DNA of 62,832 nt, filler included, from Stramenopiles sp. TOSAG23-6 (taxonomy: Eukaryota): NCBI GenBank assembly GCA_900128565.1. It is 35 parts of 35 records of this genome, joined end to end, with 100 filler letters (N's around TTAATTAATTAA, not from the genome) between each part and the next. Parts side by side here need not be neighbours in the genome. Positions count along the whole stretch, not along the records: positions 12,652 to 14,357 come from LT638683.1; positions 14,458 to 16,163 come from LT638684.1; positions 16,264 to 17,968 come from LT638685.1; positions 18,069 to 19,773 come from LT638686.1; positions 19,874 to 21,577 come from LT638687.1; positions 21,678 to 23,380 come from LT638688.1; positions 23,481 to 25,183 come from LT638689.1; 28 more parts are not named here. One strand, 5' to 3'. How positions within the stretch are numbered: the first letter of the stretch is position 1; each line of letters starts with the position of its first letter. A program made the translations under genes and the position numbers. Positions 12,552-25,283 of the stretch are shown here, in pieces. The notes under the pieces were generated by a model. It saw nothing but the letters and a program-made list of their open reading frames with translations, searched no databases and was not told where the DNA came from.

Positions 12552-12651
12552 NNNNNNNNNNNNNNNNNNNNNNNNNNNNNNNNNNNNNNNNNNNNTTAAT
12601 TAATTAANNNNNNNNNNNNNNNNNNNNNNNNNNNNNNNNNNNNNNNNNNNN

Positions 12652-13068
12652 ATTAACAACGTCATAACTCACATTGAAAATCGGTTGTATCTCACTTTTG
12701 TTAAAGAGCTCTTCTTTTCGAACAGCTTCTTCTTTGTAGGATCTAGTTCTTTTTACTGCTGCTCCTTTTCTATCATGTTGACGCACACTTTCTTCAAATT
12801 CACACAATTCTTCATGTGCATTATACTGAAGCTGTGGTACTATACGCACTAGACACTCGCGGAATTTAAATGGTGTCCCGCCAATTTCTGTGAGCGGACT
12901 AATATTAAGACTGTCGTTAGTCATGCCTTCTGCTGACAACAAACCTACGGCATCATCTTCAGTGTATAGAAAAATCAAATCTCCAAACTTAAGAGTGTCT
13001 ACTTCATCAATACCCTCAATTGGCATGACATTCTCGACATTATCTGCCATACTTTCAACTAAAGGCAA
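12652..13068 (-). CDS. IP3 receptor/RyR-family channel, N-terminal suppressor domain
   Basis: LKFGDLIFLY...GLLSAEG...PFKFRECLVRIVPQLQYNA resembles the ITPR N-terminus. Confidence 0.7.
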
Positions 13069-13400
13069 TATGCCAGCTTTGATAGAATTAGTAGGTCAAT
13101 TAGTAGTATTCCTCAAATCACGTTAAAGATAACGTTATTTGTAACTTCCAAAATTCAAAATTGACCGCCGGTGAGTACCGGGTAACCAAGCAAAGGAACA
13201 GATTGTATGTTATTTTCTTTTGCAAAAGCCACCAATAAAACTAAAAGCGTTTATAGTTCATGGCAAAATAAATTCTACAATATACTACGTAGCTACTAGC
13301 TATTGAAAATTTGAAAATTATTTGTAAAGAATGAAATCCAAATTAAAAAAAATCCAAATGAAAAAACATCCAAATTAAAAAAAAAATTAACTTAAATAAA

Positions 13401-14279
13401 TCAGTTTGTTTTTTTATTATGCGTCCTATCAAGCTTTGTTCCATGCCCTCGAAAAACTTTAATCATTCCCATTGTCAATTTGAAAAACCACCAAGACGAT
13501 AAAAGGAACAAANNNNNNNNNNNNNNNNNNNNNNNNNNNNNNNNNAACCAAAATTCAAATTGAGTAATGTTACGCCATTCAGCTGAAGCAAATCCTTTGG
13601 ACGCTTTTTGAATGAGGATATCTCTCCGCCAAAGATAATACCACAAAGGAAAGAGAATAATGCGAAATATAATGAAAAATACCCAAAGAATCACTCCATT
13701 AAAGGTATAGAGAATACCAATTTTTTTTTTTAGCCTTTCGCCAAATGCTTTTCCTCCCGACACCTTACAGAGATATAATATGTTCAAAGGTATATTTGTA
13801 ATTTCACACATGCCAGCAAGACTAGCCCAAAAGTGTAGTCGACCAAAGTACATTCCACCGCCATATGCTATAATTGAAAAGAAATGGTGTCCTACGAGTG
13901 GGATCTTCGCGACGAATGGTTCATCTTTAGAAAGTTCAAAAAAGGTTTGTACTAAGTTATGTGATACATATAACTGGGAAAACATATACGAATGGTTCGT
14001 TAGACCAAACCATCTCATATCACTTGTTCCAGAAAGATTTATCACCGAACTCAAAGCGAGAAGCCACAACAACGAAGCCATAGGTATACATAAAAAATCT
14101 AAAGCAAACTCACCACGCTTACGTGTCTCTACATCAGCTGGAGTAAATAGAGTTTTAATTATGTACAACACTAAAAATTCAACTACAGCAAGGATGAGAA
14201 TTTCAATGATCAGACTCTCAGTTGATTGCTTCGTAGATATAGAACTTGATAGGAATGTCCATCCAGTATTTTCCATCAT
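13401..14279 (-). CDS. TLC (TRAM/LAG1/CLN8) domain membrane protein
   Basis: HH motif, EITNIPLN, NGVILWVFFIIFRI and multiple transmembrane segments. Confidence 0.85.
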   Translation of the reverse strand: MMENTGWTFLSSSISTKQSTESLIIEILILAVVEFLVLYIIKTLFTPADVETRKRGEFALDFLCIPMASLLWLLALSSVINLSGTSDMRWFGLTNHSYMFSQLYVSHNLVQTFFELSKDEPFVAKIPLVGHHFFSIIAYGGGMYFGRLHFWASLAGMCEITNIPLNILYLCKVSGGKAFGERLKKKIGILYTFNGVILWVFFIIFRIILFPLWYYLWRRDILIQKASKGFASAEWRNITQFEFWXXXXXXXXXXXXLFLLSSWWFFKLTMGMIKVFRGHGTKLDRTHNKKTN

Positions 14280-14457
14280 TTAGTGGGTTGTTTTGGTAAT
14301 ATGACTTTTAATAAACTTAATAAACTACGTTTACAAATCGAGATATTTTGATTTTGGNNNNNNNNNNNNNNNNNNNNNNNNNNNNNNNNNNNNNNNNNNN
14401 NTTAATTAATTAANNNNNNNNNNNNNNNNNNNNNNNNNNNNNNNNNNNNNNNNNNNN

Positions 14458-16163
14458 TTCTAAGATTTCAACTGCAAAGAAAGCCAATGTAATGAGTACA
14501 TGGAGAGCGACGCTCGTTTTAGCTGATAAAGTTGACTTTTTTGTAAATGGCCGGTGGGTCGAGGCACAAATTATAGAAGCCGGTGAAAACTCGCATAGTT
14601 TGAAGTTACGGTATCTCCGAATCGGTGGAATATCCGAATTAGATTTTTCGGAGGAGACGGTAGAAAGAACTTCCCTGAACATTGCTCCTCTTGGAACATG
14701 TTCTAGAGTGAATCCTGATTTTGCATTTGAACATTTTCTATCTTCGTATCAGAATTCTTTCAAGTCTTCGCAGTCGATACTCAATGCTAATAAAGTTGGT
14801 GGTGTTGGCAGTGGTCATGTAAATGCAGTTTTGGCATCAGAAAGTGTTATGTTAATGCGCTTGTTACTCCGCTCTGATGCTTGTAATGGTTGGTATAAAC
14901 CTGCTGTAAAAGCTGTAAGTAAAGGACTCGAAGATGTCACTGATCTTATATCTAAATCTTGTAATTACGTGGAAGGTTCAAAATCTGCAGAGACAGATGA
15001 AAGTAAAAAAAGCAAAGCAGCATTTAGAAACGAATCGTCTTCAGCAGAAAGAGCAATCATTGCAATCGGTTCAGCTGCATTAGCCATTCTTGGCGGAAAT
15101 AATGATTGCATTCGTGTTGGTGGCAGAGTTCAACTTTTGAGTGCTGATGGCTTTTCTTTGGCTGCTGCAGCATGTGGAACTGTTCTCCGTTATACTCGTT
15201 CAAGTTCAACTGCAACAGTTGTATTCGGAGAGATGGACGATTTGTCGGGTACAAATACTAGCGAATTTGTTCCTCAAGAAATTCCAGTCAAATTATTAGC
15301 TCCAATGGATGAAGTCTTACCACCAAATATTATATTGCATCATTTTGAATCTTCAACTAAATCAATTCCAGATGACAAAATGCCCCCTCCTATACCTGGT
15401 TCGGATTCAATGTCGAATTTGCCAAGTGATAACCATCCACATTGTGGAGAGACACCTACAGAAACCTCCCCAACAACAAGCACAATTTCAGATGTCAACG
15501 CTGTGCATTTTAATGGTGTTCTGATTCGAACGTTACAGGCAGTTCTGAATCTTCCTCGTGATGCGACAGCATATGCATCAGACACATCGTTATGGATGTC
15601 ATCATTTCACACAAGTGTACGTCTTCAAAAGTGAAAAAATATTTTTTATTTATACTATCCAAAATAATTGTACCTAACAAAATATTTGAATGTAAAACTT
15701 TCACAATATATGCTCTGAGAGTGTTATCTATCCTAGCTTCGAAACGTTCAAGTGCCCAAGCTATTGTTTCGTCGGGCCTTTTACCAGCTCTATATGAAAC
15801 ATCGTTAATGCCATTACCATNNNNNNNNNNNNNNNNNNNNNNNNNNNNNNNNNNNNNNNNTGAACGTCGCTCACAAATTATATCAGAAATATTATTAGAA
15901 TGTGCTCACCCTGATGGATTTCTATTTCTTGGCCCTCGCGCCGAAGACAACGGTCCGGGCAGTGTTGCATATAAAGCTCGCCAAGCTGAAGCAATGGCAA
16001 AACGAAAGGCTGAAAGCGAAGAAGAAATTCGAAAAAATAATCAGGCGAAACAACTTCAAGAAATTACTGGATACGCTTTTAGTATGGAGTATGCGCGAAA
16101 AGCTATGGAAATGAGTGCTGGTAATATAAATCGTGCATGTGAATATTTGTATTCTGGTCAAGT
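14458..16163 (+). CDS. HERC/HECTD4-like giant ubiquitin ligase fragment with a UBA domain (intron 15617-15711)
   Basis: AALAILGG..IRVGGRV block, and a UBA-like C-terminal segment QEITGY...ARKAMEMSAGNINRACEYL. Confidence 0.55.
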
Positions 16164-16318
16164 NNNNNNNNNNNNNNNNNNNNNNNNNNNNNNNNNNNNN
16201 NNNNNNNTTAATTAATTAANNNNNNNNNNNNNNNNNNNNNNNNNNNNNNNNNNNNNNNNNNNNCGTACGAAATTTTGTACCTAACGAATTTTTTTTGAAA
16301 TATTTTTCCAAAATACAT

Positions 16319-17412
16319 GTAGATCACCCCATAGGCCGAATCCAATTGGTTTAAGTCTTTGTCAGATTGACAGTATCGATGCAAAAAATAATACTGTGAA
16401 TCTTTCTGGGATAGATCTTTTGGATGGCACACCAGTGATAGATATAAAACCATACTTGACATCTGATATAATAGAGAGTAATTTTCAAATTTCATTTTTG
16501 AATGCATTAATTTTTTTCATCAAAAATATTTTGTACCTAACGGTTTTTTTACACCAGCAAAAAAACAATATTTTTCACAATATATAGGTACGTGTCCCAG
16601 ACTGGATTAAACCACAGACATGCCAAAAAATGCTTAATGTGCATTTTTCTAAGAATGCCAAAGAGGGTATAAAGACAATATCTTCAATTTTTTCCAAATT
16701 CTATCAAAGTGAGAATAAAACGAAACAAAATTCTTCTACACATTTCAAGTTTTTCCCCTTTGAAGATGTTGCAACTGTAGAACGTAGTATTGAACAGTTG
16801 CTTCAACTAAACCCAGCAAGAGGTGTTGATCCTTTAAGCCCGAGAGCGCAAGCATGTATGTTTTAATTTTTTTTTCAATTTTGAATTTATTTTTCGTACG
16901 AAATTTTGTACCTAACAATTTTTTTTCGAAATATTTTTCCAAAATACATCTTTAGTATCAAAAGGACAAGATACAAAACAACCAAAAGAATTAATGGGAA
17001 AATCATGGCTTGGTCCATATATTATTGAGGTTGGTGGACTTTCAGTCCGATTTTGGAAGAATGTACATTTCCCCTAACCCTAACCTTAATTTCGAATTTA
17101 TTTAACTATTTATTCATGGAAATTTTTGTCCTCACGATTTTTTTTATTACATTTTTCAAATTTTTTTTTCACACAACAAATGAAGAGGATATTTTGCAAA
17201 GGACCTTATGTGATAGTTTCAATACTGAGATAGCTGTGAGTATTTCATGCAGTGCGAAAGAAAATACTAAAGAAAATACTAAAGAAAATACTAAAGAAAA
17301 GAGGAAAGAAAATACTAAAGAAAATACTAAAGAAAATACTAATGAAAATTCAGGTTCTGTATTTGTAGAAGACATACAACCCAATAGTACTCTTTTGAAA
17401 GAAATAATGTAG
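16319..17412 (+). CDS. TRMO: tRNA (adenine37-N6)-methyltransferase TrmO/TsaA, 3' part (introns 16478-16585, 16856-16949, ~17063-17181)
   Basis: RSPHRPNPIGLS, GIDLLDGTPVIDIKPY and RVPDW motifs. Confidence 0.88.
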
Positions 17413-17485
17413 ACAAATTTGATAGTGTTGTATAATTTATAAACAAATTTATTAGGGTTTAGGGTTAGGGTTAGGTATAATTACT

Positions 17486-17902
17486 TTACTTTGACTTTGC
17501 ATTATTTGAATCCACTGTACGTGCAGTTCGAGCAGTGGATAATGCTTTCACTTTAGCTTTTGTTTTTTCTAACTCGATCTTAGCTTGAACTTCTTGTTGT
17601 TCCATTGTAGGTTTTGCAATCTCAAGGGGAATGTATTTTGGAAAAATATTTCAAAAAAAAAAACTTAAATTCGTTAGGTACAAAATTTCGTACGAAAAAA
17701 AAATTCGAAATTGAAAAAAAATAAAAACACACATTCCATTTTCCAAATTTTCTAAACGTTGTTTTTCTTTCAACCGATCTTTCTCTACAAGTTGCATAAA
17801 TGGCATTTTATCAACAATTTCTTTAGTACAACAATTCAACAATTTCATCTCAAATAGCAATTTCACATTTGGAGGAATATTTGGTGGATATCCGCGACGA
17901 CC
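17486..17902 (-). CDS. FKBP-type peptidyl-prolyl isomerase, C-terminus (intron 17631-17732)
   Basis: GRRGYPPNIPPNVKLLFEMKLL. Confidence 0.8.
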
Positions 17903-18068
17903 ATGCATTATTAAAAAATATTTCAAAAAAAAAACTAAAATTTGTTAGGTACAAAATTTCGTACGAAANNNNNNNNNNNNNNNNNNNNNNNNNNNNNNNN
18001 NNNNNNNNNNNNTTAATTAATTAANNNNNNNNNNNNNNNNNNNNNNNNNNNNNNNNNNNNNNNNNNNN

Positions 18069-18867
18069 AGGTATTAATGGTTAGAGCCTGTATAATTTGG
18101 TGTGTTATGCGTTCATCTTCAACTGTATTAGAGTCTAAATTATTACGTCATATAATGTTTATCATCTTACGCGAAATTGAAGCATATAATGAAAAAAGAC
18201 AAATTCGTGGATTATTGGCTTTGTCGTATATCATTAAATGTATTACACCAACTGAATTGATCTGGCATTCGCATTTACTAATTGACATTCTCCTGCGAGG
18301 AATTTCATCAAGAGATGTACGTTTTCATTATGAATTTCTGTCTACTCTATTGAAATCATTCCCATTACTTCCTACAAATAATGAAGGAAATATTATGAAA
18401 ATAGCCTTTCTAAATGGAATTTCAAAATTAGTTCATACATTAGGTATTGAAAGTATTCAGTATTTTTCAATTCTTTTTCCAATTTTATCTGAAATGGCTA
18501 CTTTGCCATTATGTATATTTGATCAAGATTGGAAGAAAAATGATTACAACAAAGAAACATCGTCTATTTTTCAAATTAGAATTTCGGCCTTGATTGCTTT
18601 TGAAACATTGATTACATCAACATGGCCTCGAATAATGAATCATTTATCGCATCAGAGAAAGATTCTTACTGTTGTTGTGTCTGCATACACATCTTCACCC
18701 AGACAATGGGTGCGTGGTNNNNNNNNNNNNNNNNNNNNNNNNNNNNNNNNNNNNNNNNNNNNNNNNNNNNNNNNNNNNNNNNNNNNNNNNNNNNNNNNNN
18801 NNNNNNNNNNNNTTTAAGTGATGCAAATTTGAATGAGTTATTAAGAAAATTGAAGAATTATAAATGA
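18069..18867 (+). CDS. TTI2: TELO2-interacting protein 2-like, C-terminal part
   Basis: HEAT-like helices with LGIESIQYFSILFPIL and LITSTWPRI. Confidence 0.6.
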
Positions 18868-19075
18868 GTGTAGATGTGCAATGTCACTTAGCTATCATAT
18901 TGGTAAATGTAGATTTTGAAAATATCAATGATATCATCTTCATTTTTTTAGTATAATTTTATATTTTGAAATATAGCTTTTAAAAGAAAAAAGAATAAAT
19001 TTTAAAAATACTAAGAGTACTTCAAAACTTTTAATAAAGGTTCAAAATAGATCATATATATATATATGTATAATA

Positions 19076-19773
19076 TCAAGCAAGGGCTTCAATATTAGCA
19101 CAATCGTTTCCAGAATATCCAGCGAAGCAGACACATTGTCCAGTTGAATAGTCACACATCCCTCGACCTGAGCAATCTCGACCTTTTGAATTTNNNNNNN
19201 NNNNNNNNNNNNNNNNNNNNNNNNNNNNNNNNNNNNNNNNNNNNNNNNNNNNNNNNNNNNNNNNNNNNNNNNNNNNNNNNNNNNNNNNNNNNNNNNNNNN
19301 NNNNNNNNNNNNNNNNNNNNNNNNNNNNNNNNNNNNNNNNNNNNNNNNNNNNNNNNNNNNNNNNNNNNNNNNNNNNNNNNNNNNNNNNNNNNNNNNNNNN
19401 NNNNNNNNNNNNNNNNNNNNCATTTACCAGTATCTCTGTCGCACTCTCCAGCATCGGAACATTCAACGTCGTCAATGTGGCTTGAAATCTTTGTTTTTAT
19501 GATACGATATGAATCTGTTACAGCTAAACGCCTTCGACCATTATCCTCAGTTTTACTCAGTCGTCGTGCTACATTCTCGCCATCGTTGTTACAATTTTCG
19601 AGTAATGTATCAGGGTCTGGTACCCAGGGAGTACATTCGTGAGTGTCGGTGTCACACGTGTGCTTGTAGCAAGTTCCAGAAGTTGAATCTGATGCAACAA
19701 CCCCTTGTGTCCAAGAAATTCCGCGAGGGCAAGTGTGCAATGAGCAATCAGCGCCAGTCAAATATACGGTTTG
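19076..19773 (-). CDS. Redundant copy of the mastigoneme EGF gene at 31215-32122
   Basis: About 18815-19750 is the reverse complement of about 31448-32385. Confidence 0.85.
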
Positions 19774-19960
19774 NNNNNNNNNNNNNNNNNNNNNNNNNNN
19801 NNNNNNNNNNNNNNNNNTTAATTAATTAANNNNNNNNNNNNNNNNNNNNNNNNNNNNNNNNNNNNNNNNNNNNAATATTTCAAAAAAAAAAACTAAAATT
19901 TGTTAGGTACAAAATTTCGTACGAAAACAAAATTCGAATTTGAAAAAAAGTAAAACATAC

Positions 19961-21577
19961 ACCTGTGGAACAGATATTTTCAGCACACGCTCTATTACAT
20001 GTATTGTGAAAAATGTAGAAATTCGAAATTGGTCAAATAATTTGTACTCTTTTACATGTTCAATTCATGATGAAAATATACATTTCAAAAAAAAAATCTT
20101 TTTTGTTTTTTAAAAGAAAATCTCACATGAAAAAAAAATAGGGTTAGGGTTTGTACACTTCATGATGAAAACATACATGAAACACAGATATTGCAATTTG
20201 AGACGCCACCTCTGAAGATGGTATTTTTTCTTGCAACAAAGATGGATCTCTAATTATATCTGACACCACAGTAGTATTAGTTGTGAGAGCAAATAATTGA
20301 GCATACATTTCCTGTCCCGCAAGTCCAGCCACTCCAAATTGGCCATCCTTCAAAGAATCTCCAATAACGCCGTCGACATGGATTATAAAAAAATATTTAA
20401 AAAAAAACTTAAATTTGTTAGGTACAAAATTTCGTATGAAAAAAAACAATTTCGAAATTAAAAAAAATGAAAACGTACATACACTACAGATGATTTTAGA
20501 TCTGGAAGTACCCATTGTGCGGCCATGGATATAATTAGCAATGAGAAAAAAACAAGCTCAGCACAACGGCGAAGAAGCCAACCTCTTCTAATGCGTTTTG
20601 TTCTAGGATCTATATTCTGGGAAAATATTTCAAAATTTTCAAAATGTTTTGTTAAGTACAAAATTTTCTATCAAAAAAAAAAATCCAAATTGAAATGAAA
20701 ACACATACATTGTAATTCATATACTAAAGTTGGAACTGCCATAAAATAATAAAGTTCAGAAATTGATAAATTTTCAGGCCATTTGACAACTTTCCTATCT
20801 TGGCAATCAATATTTAACACATTCTTTATTTTGTTCATTTGTGGTGATTTTTTTCTCGTACCGCCTCTTTCTCCGTTAGGGTTAGGGTTAGGGATTTGAA
20901 TGTCTCTAGAATAATCTGTAGGTAAGGATTCATTATTATTAGAATCATCAGGATATTCAGATCCTTCAATAATCGGAGAAAATACAGGTGAACTCCGATC
21001 ATTTTGTTGTGTCGATGCATTCGTACCAAATTTTGTTCCTGAAAAAGTACTCTTTGACATTTTTGTGCCAGATATTTGTTTAGGGTTAGGGCTTTTAACG
21101 TCAACTGTAGTAGTTTGAGTTCGAAGCTCCCAATTCACATGAGCATAGGATATTAATTTGAAAAATGAGCACATGACACACATCATCAGCAACGCACTTT
21201 TCGCAGGGTGCGGAGCTAGAACAGTTACATAGTAGCAGGGGACGCAAAGTGATCCAGCACAATTAGTAAAATTTAACAAAAAAATTATAAACTCTGGGAG
21301 GAGATGCCTAGCAGCGATACATTCAATCAGAAGAGCTAATAGTATATTTACATTTTGGCACATGAGTAAGTTTAGCATCGGCCAATATGTAAAGAATTCA
21401 ACGCTTACAATTGGAGACTGTGGAATACCTATGACAATACCATATTTTAGGAAGTTTTCAACAACAAGACGCGAGTGTGTGATACACATAATAATTGCAA
21501 TTAAATTCATCACTCCACGGAATGAATTTTCCGGGGCCGTTGAAGACAACAAAGAAGCACGAACACGATCCGACGGT
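19961..21577 (-). CDS. DGAT1: Diacylglycerol O-acyltransferase 1 (MBOAT), partial; introns 19999-20176, 20378-20478, 20610-20708
   Basis: SLLSS, RLVVENFLKYG, KLISYAHVN, PTLVYELQYPRT and ERVLKISVP. Confidence 0.92.
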
Positions 21578-21678
21578 NNNNNNNNNNNNNNNNNNNNNNN
21601 NNNNNNNNNNNNNNNNNNNNNTTAATTAATTAANNNNNNNNNNNNNNNNNNNNNNNNNNNNNNNNNNNNNNNNNNNNT

Positions 21679-22089
21679 GAAATTTCTCTTTTTAACCAAA
21701 AGCATCTGGATGACTTTATAAATAAAGCAAACTTTCGTAAAACAGCACCGATTATTCTTAAAAAACATGTAGTAAATAAAAACATTGGGAACCAGAAAAA
21801 GAATAAAGACGAAAATGAAGGATTTTGGGTTGGAGTAACAAGTCATAGCAATGAGATAAATAGAATATGTAGCATGGAGAAAGACAAAATGGGACTTCTG
21901 GAATTGGAAGTGCCAAATATCGATTCATATCATGTTTATGTAACTTGTCTATCTGGTTGTTGCAAACAGGAACTTGGGATCAAAACAGATCAATGTAATA
22001 ATTGGAAAGAAGAAACAAAATATGTTGATAAAGAAAATACTTTCTATAAAATTAAAATCATTCAAGATGGTATATGGATAAGAATGTAA
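21679..22089 (+). CDS. Unknown protein, C-terminal fragment
   Basis: Open frame from the contig start to the stop at 22089. Confidence 0.4.
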   Translation, partial: EISLFNQKHLDDFINKANFRKTAPIILKKHVVNKNIGNQKKNKDENEGFWVGVTSHSNEINRICSMEKDKMGLLELEVPNIDSYHVYVTCLSGCCKQELGIKTDQCNNWKEETKYVDKENTFYKIKIIQDGIWIRM

Positions 22090-22210
22090 ATGAAATAAAT
22101 TAATACAAAAATATATTTTTAATTTTTTTATATATACTAGGAATTTAAAATTGAATTCCTTTAATATCAATAATATATAGAGACGAAGCTAATTTTAAGC
22201 TATTTGGAGC

Positions 22211-23380
22211 TTAATGTGGAGGTGGAGGGGGGATTTCGTCATCATCACTTTCATAAGCTTGAGAAATCATTTCTGATACTGTGAGTCCTCTTGAAGCAAC
22301 CCTTTTATTATATGCTGGATACCTATTATAACCAATGGTTGCATGTCCAGTGGAATCTAGTTGCATTGACAATTGATCGTTTGATGTAGTAACTAGTTGC
22401 TCAGGTGTAAACAGAGAATTTACATCTATATTTGATTGGTATTTCACCACTTTTTTAACTGAGTTATTAGCCTTCTTCATTTTTCTCTGCCTTTGCATTG
22501 CAGCTTTTCGCAAAGCCGGTGTAATTATACTGCGAGTCCTTTCTGGAAATTCATCATATTGTCGCATTGCTGGCGGAGGAGCAACTAGTTCTTGTTGATC
22601 TCGAAGCATTTCAGAGCGAACTTTTGATTCAAGGGATAAAGACAGCTTCTTAATCCTTTGGTCATCTGCATTTTTCCTATTTACTCGAATCTCGTCGTTT
22701 CCTTGAAGTGTCTGTACAATAGACCGTAACTGAAATGCATTCATATCTTTCAGGTCCATCAAAGGCACAATGTGTGGAGAATTGACTTTCAGAAGACGAT
22801 CACGTAAACAATGAATTCCTCTTTTTTTCATTTCTGTTTGAAGAGAAAATGTCCCTCTTGACCGGCTAATTGTATTAGCTAAATTGTTATCAACGACGTA
22901 TATTGCAACCCATCCCATATCGTGTACATTATCACTCATTACTAATGCACCATCAAAATCATTCAATAGCTCACGAATAGCCTTAATTCTCTTCTGTGCT
23001 ATAGAATTCAACTTTCCGAGAGCTCCAGATTTTAACATTTCAAATTGTTTGGATACTTTTGATTTTGTGGCTTTGTTTGATATACTTGAATAAACAACTC
23101 CAGAAACAGATAAAGTGTGAGAATAATCAGCATGTATCAATTTTGGCCATACCCCACGCGTCTGGGTCCCAAAATTCATTTCAGTTGGATATAAAGATAC
23201 GTATTGAGTAAGATCAAAATTCTTGTTGTTGCTAAGTCTCTCCGTAAATCCCTTAATACAGCCGAGAAGTCCCCACCCAAATATTCGATTATTTTGTGTG
23301 ATTACAAGAGTATGCCGATATCCGCATGCAATTTGAGTTACTTTCCACATTTTCATTCGACTCACTAATGTAGGAATAAG
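22211..23380 (-). CDS. RCC1-repeat protein, C-terminal part
   Basis: VTQIACGYRHTLVIT...IFGWG. Confidence 0.75.
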   Translation of the reverse strand, partial: LIPTLVSRMKMWKVTQIACGYRHTLVITQNNRIFGWGLLGCIKGFTERLSNNKNFDLTQYVSLYPTEMNFGTQTRGVWPKLIHADYSHTLSVSGVVYSSISNKATKSKVSKQFEMLKSGALGKLNSIAQKRIKAIRELLNDFDGALVMSDNVHDMGWVAIYVVDNNLANTISRSRGTFSLQTEMKKRGIHCLRDRLLKVNSPHIVPLMDLKDMNAFQLRSIVQTLQGNDEIRVNRKNADDQRIKKLSLSLESKVRSEMLRDQQELVAPPPAMRQYDEFPERTRSIITPALRKAAMQRQRKMKKANNSVKKVVKYQSNIDVNSLFTPEQLVTTSNDQLSMQLDSTGHATIGYNRYPAYNKRVASRGLTVSEMISQAYESDDDEIPPPPPH

Positions 23381-23480
23381 NNNNNNNNNNNNNNNNNNNN
23401 NNNNNNNNNNNNNNNNNNNNNNNNTTAATTAATTAANNNNNNNNNNNNNNNNNNNNNNNNNNNNNNNNNNNNNNNNNNNN

Positions 23481-23545
23481 TGACAATGTTGATGTCCATC
23501 GACATATATAATGAAAAAATATTTTTCATTTGAAATTGGTCAAAA

Positions 23546-23576
<31 letters not shown>

Positions 23577-24192
23577 GTTTAGGTACGAAATTTTCTATGA
23601 AAAAAAAAAAAATTAAATTTAAATTTAAATTTAAATTTAAAATTCATGATGAAACACGTACATGAGGTGATGGACATCCTACTACAGTATGAAACCATTG
23701 TAACTGCATTTTTGCCTCACATGCTGCTTCTGAAGGAACAATTTGATTTAATGTACATGCTGTTATAAAGTCTTTCTTTCCTCGAAATGTTCTCTTTATA
23801 TTTGAAGAAGTTGAACAAGTTGATTGTGTTGTATTCACCATGCCAGTCACAATATCAGTGCAATTAACTGGAGCAAGTAAAGAAGGAATTTCTTCTGGTG
23901 AGCTCAAAGGAACACCTTCAGATAAGTTAAGGTGTAAGCCAACTCTGTGTAATAAACCCTCAGACCGTGCAATTGATATAGCTTCCATTGCATATGGTGC
24001 TCCTGCCATAATCGACGTTGCTGTACAGATACCGTCTTTCATGGCCTTTATAATACCTAGGGTTCGTTCCATACTTATACCGAAATCATCAGCTGTGATG
24101 ATAACTAAAGGTTTCATCTCCGACTTATTTGTGTTCAACTGTGATACGGTTTTCATTTCTTTAGTGTCAATTGATGATCCAATAACATTCAT
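23481..24192 (-). CDS. YDJC: YdjC/ChbG carbohydrate deacetylase, 5' part
   Basis: ITADDFG, VGLHLNLSEG and the spliced HVDGHQH. Confidence 0.9.
23504..23661 (-). mobile_element. Introner copy, GT...AT (158 nt)
   Basis: Removal restores the YdjC catalytic motif SPH-VDGHQH. An identical copy is at 36104-36261. Confidence 0.85.
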
Positions 24193-24612
24193 TATTGAAA
24201 CTTGACGCTTTGGTGTATACTACACGATCGAAATGTGTGACAAATTACTCTCTATACCTTTTTACTTTATTCTCTCTCTAAGTAATAGGTACAATATGCT
24301 GTCGTACACAATAGTAGTATCATTCGAGATGAAACTGGGTGTTGTGTATCACGAAGTACTACAATCACTGACGAATAGGAATTTCTTTACTAGCTACTAC
24401 TAGTTGGTAATTTCCGTCTAGATATAATGATGATCTAGATCTACTTCTAATCTATAATTCTTCGTCTTTGAACTTGTTTTGAAAAATCGAAAAATGAAAA
24501 ATGAAATAAATCGAAAAAAAGTAACTGTTTTACAAACTATATCTTCTTGCTGGGCACAATACTTAGCCTATAAGTTAGTATTTAGATTATTTATTTATGT
24601 ACGAATGAATCA

Positions 24613-25142
24613 ATGATAGAGAGTTATCAAGAGTTTAAAACTAGCCATGAGGAGGAGACACAGAAGGATTTGCTTTATTGTAACCAAGCAGATAGTGCGT
24701 CAAGAACAAAAGTATCAACAATACAAAATATACAAAATAATTTCCCCAATGAAAAACTTGAAAAAAAATATTTCACACCTAATGAAAAAAAGCATTTTTA
24801 TCCATGTTCTACCTCATCCTCATCTGAAGCCGAAGATATTCTTTCAATTGGATCATCCAATACACAGAAACAACTGAGAACTAGTACAAATGTCGCATGG
24901 CAAAATTTTCAAAATAAAAGAAAAATAACTCGTTCTAGAGGCATCTCGACTTTTCGTGAAAGAGCAGACGTAGCAATTGGTGCAGCAACAAGTCTTCGTG
25001 ATAAAGCGCGTGTAGGCGCGAAAGATTCTTTTGATGTAGCAATAGGTGCAGCAAAGTTAGGAGCAAAAGGGACTATTGGTGCTGCCCGTATGACCATCAA
25101 AACAACACGTGGCGCAGCTAAATTAGGTGCAAAAGGGACAAT
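24613..25142 (+). CDS. Unknown protein, first exon
   Basis: ORF from ATG to a family donor site; contains GAAKLGAKGT repeats. Confidence 0.55.
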
Positions 25143-25283
25143 GTATGTTTTNTTTTTTTNCATTTTTTTNTTNGTTTTNATACNNNNNNNNNNNNNNNNN
25201 NNNNNNNNNNNNNNNNNNNNNNNNNNNTTAATTAATTAANNNNNNNNNNNNNNNNNNNNNNNNNNNNNNNNNNNNNNNNNNNN

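Noticed and set aside
18815-19750. Large inverted repeat with about 31448-32385
   Set aside because: The copies are on separate contigs with matching N gaps, so this is a redundant overlapping assembly of one locus.
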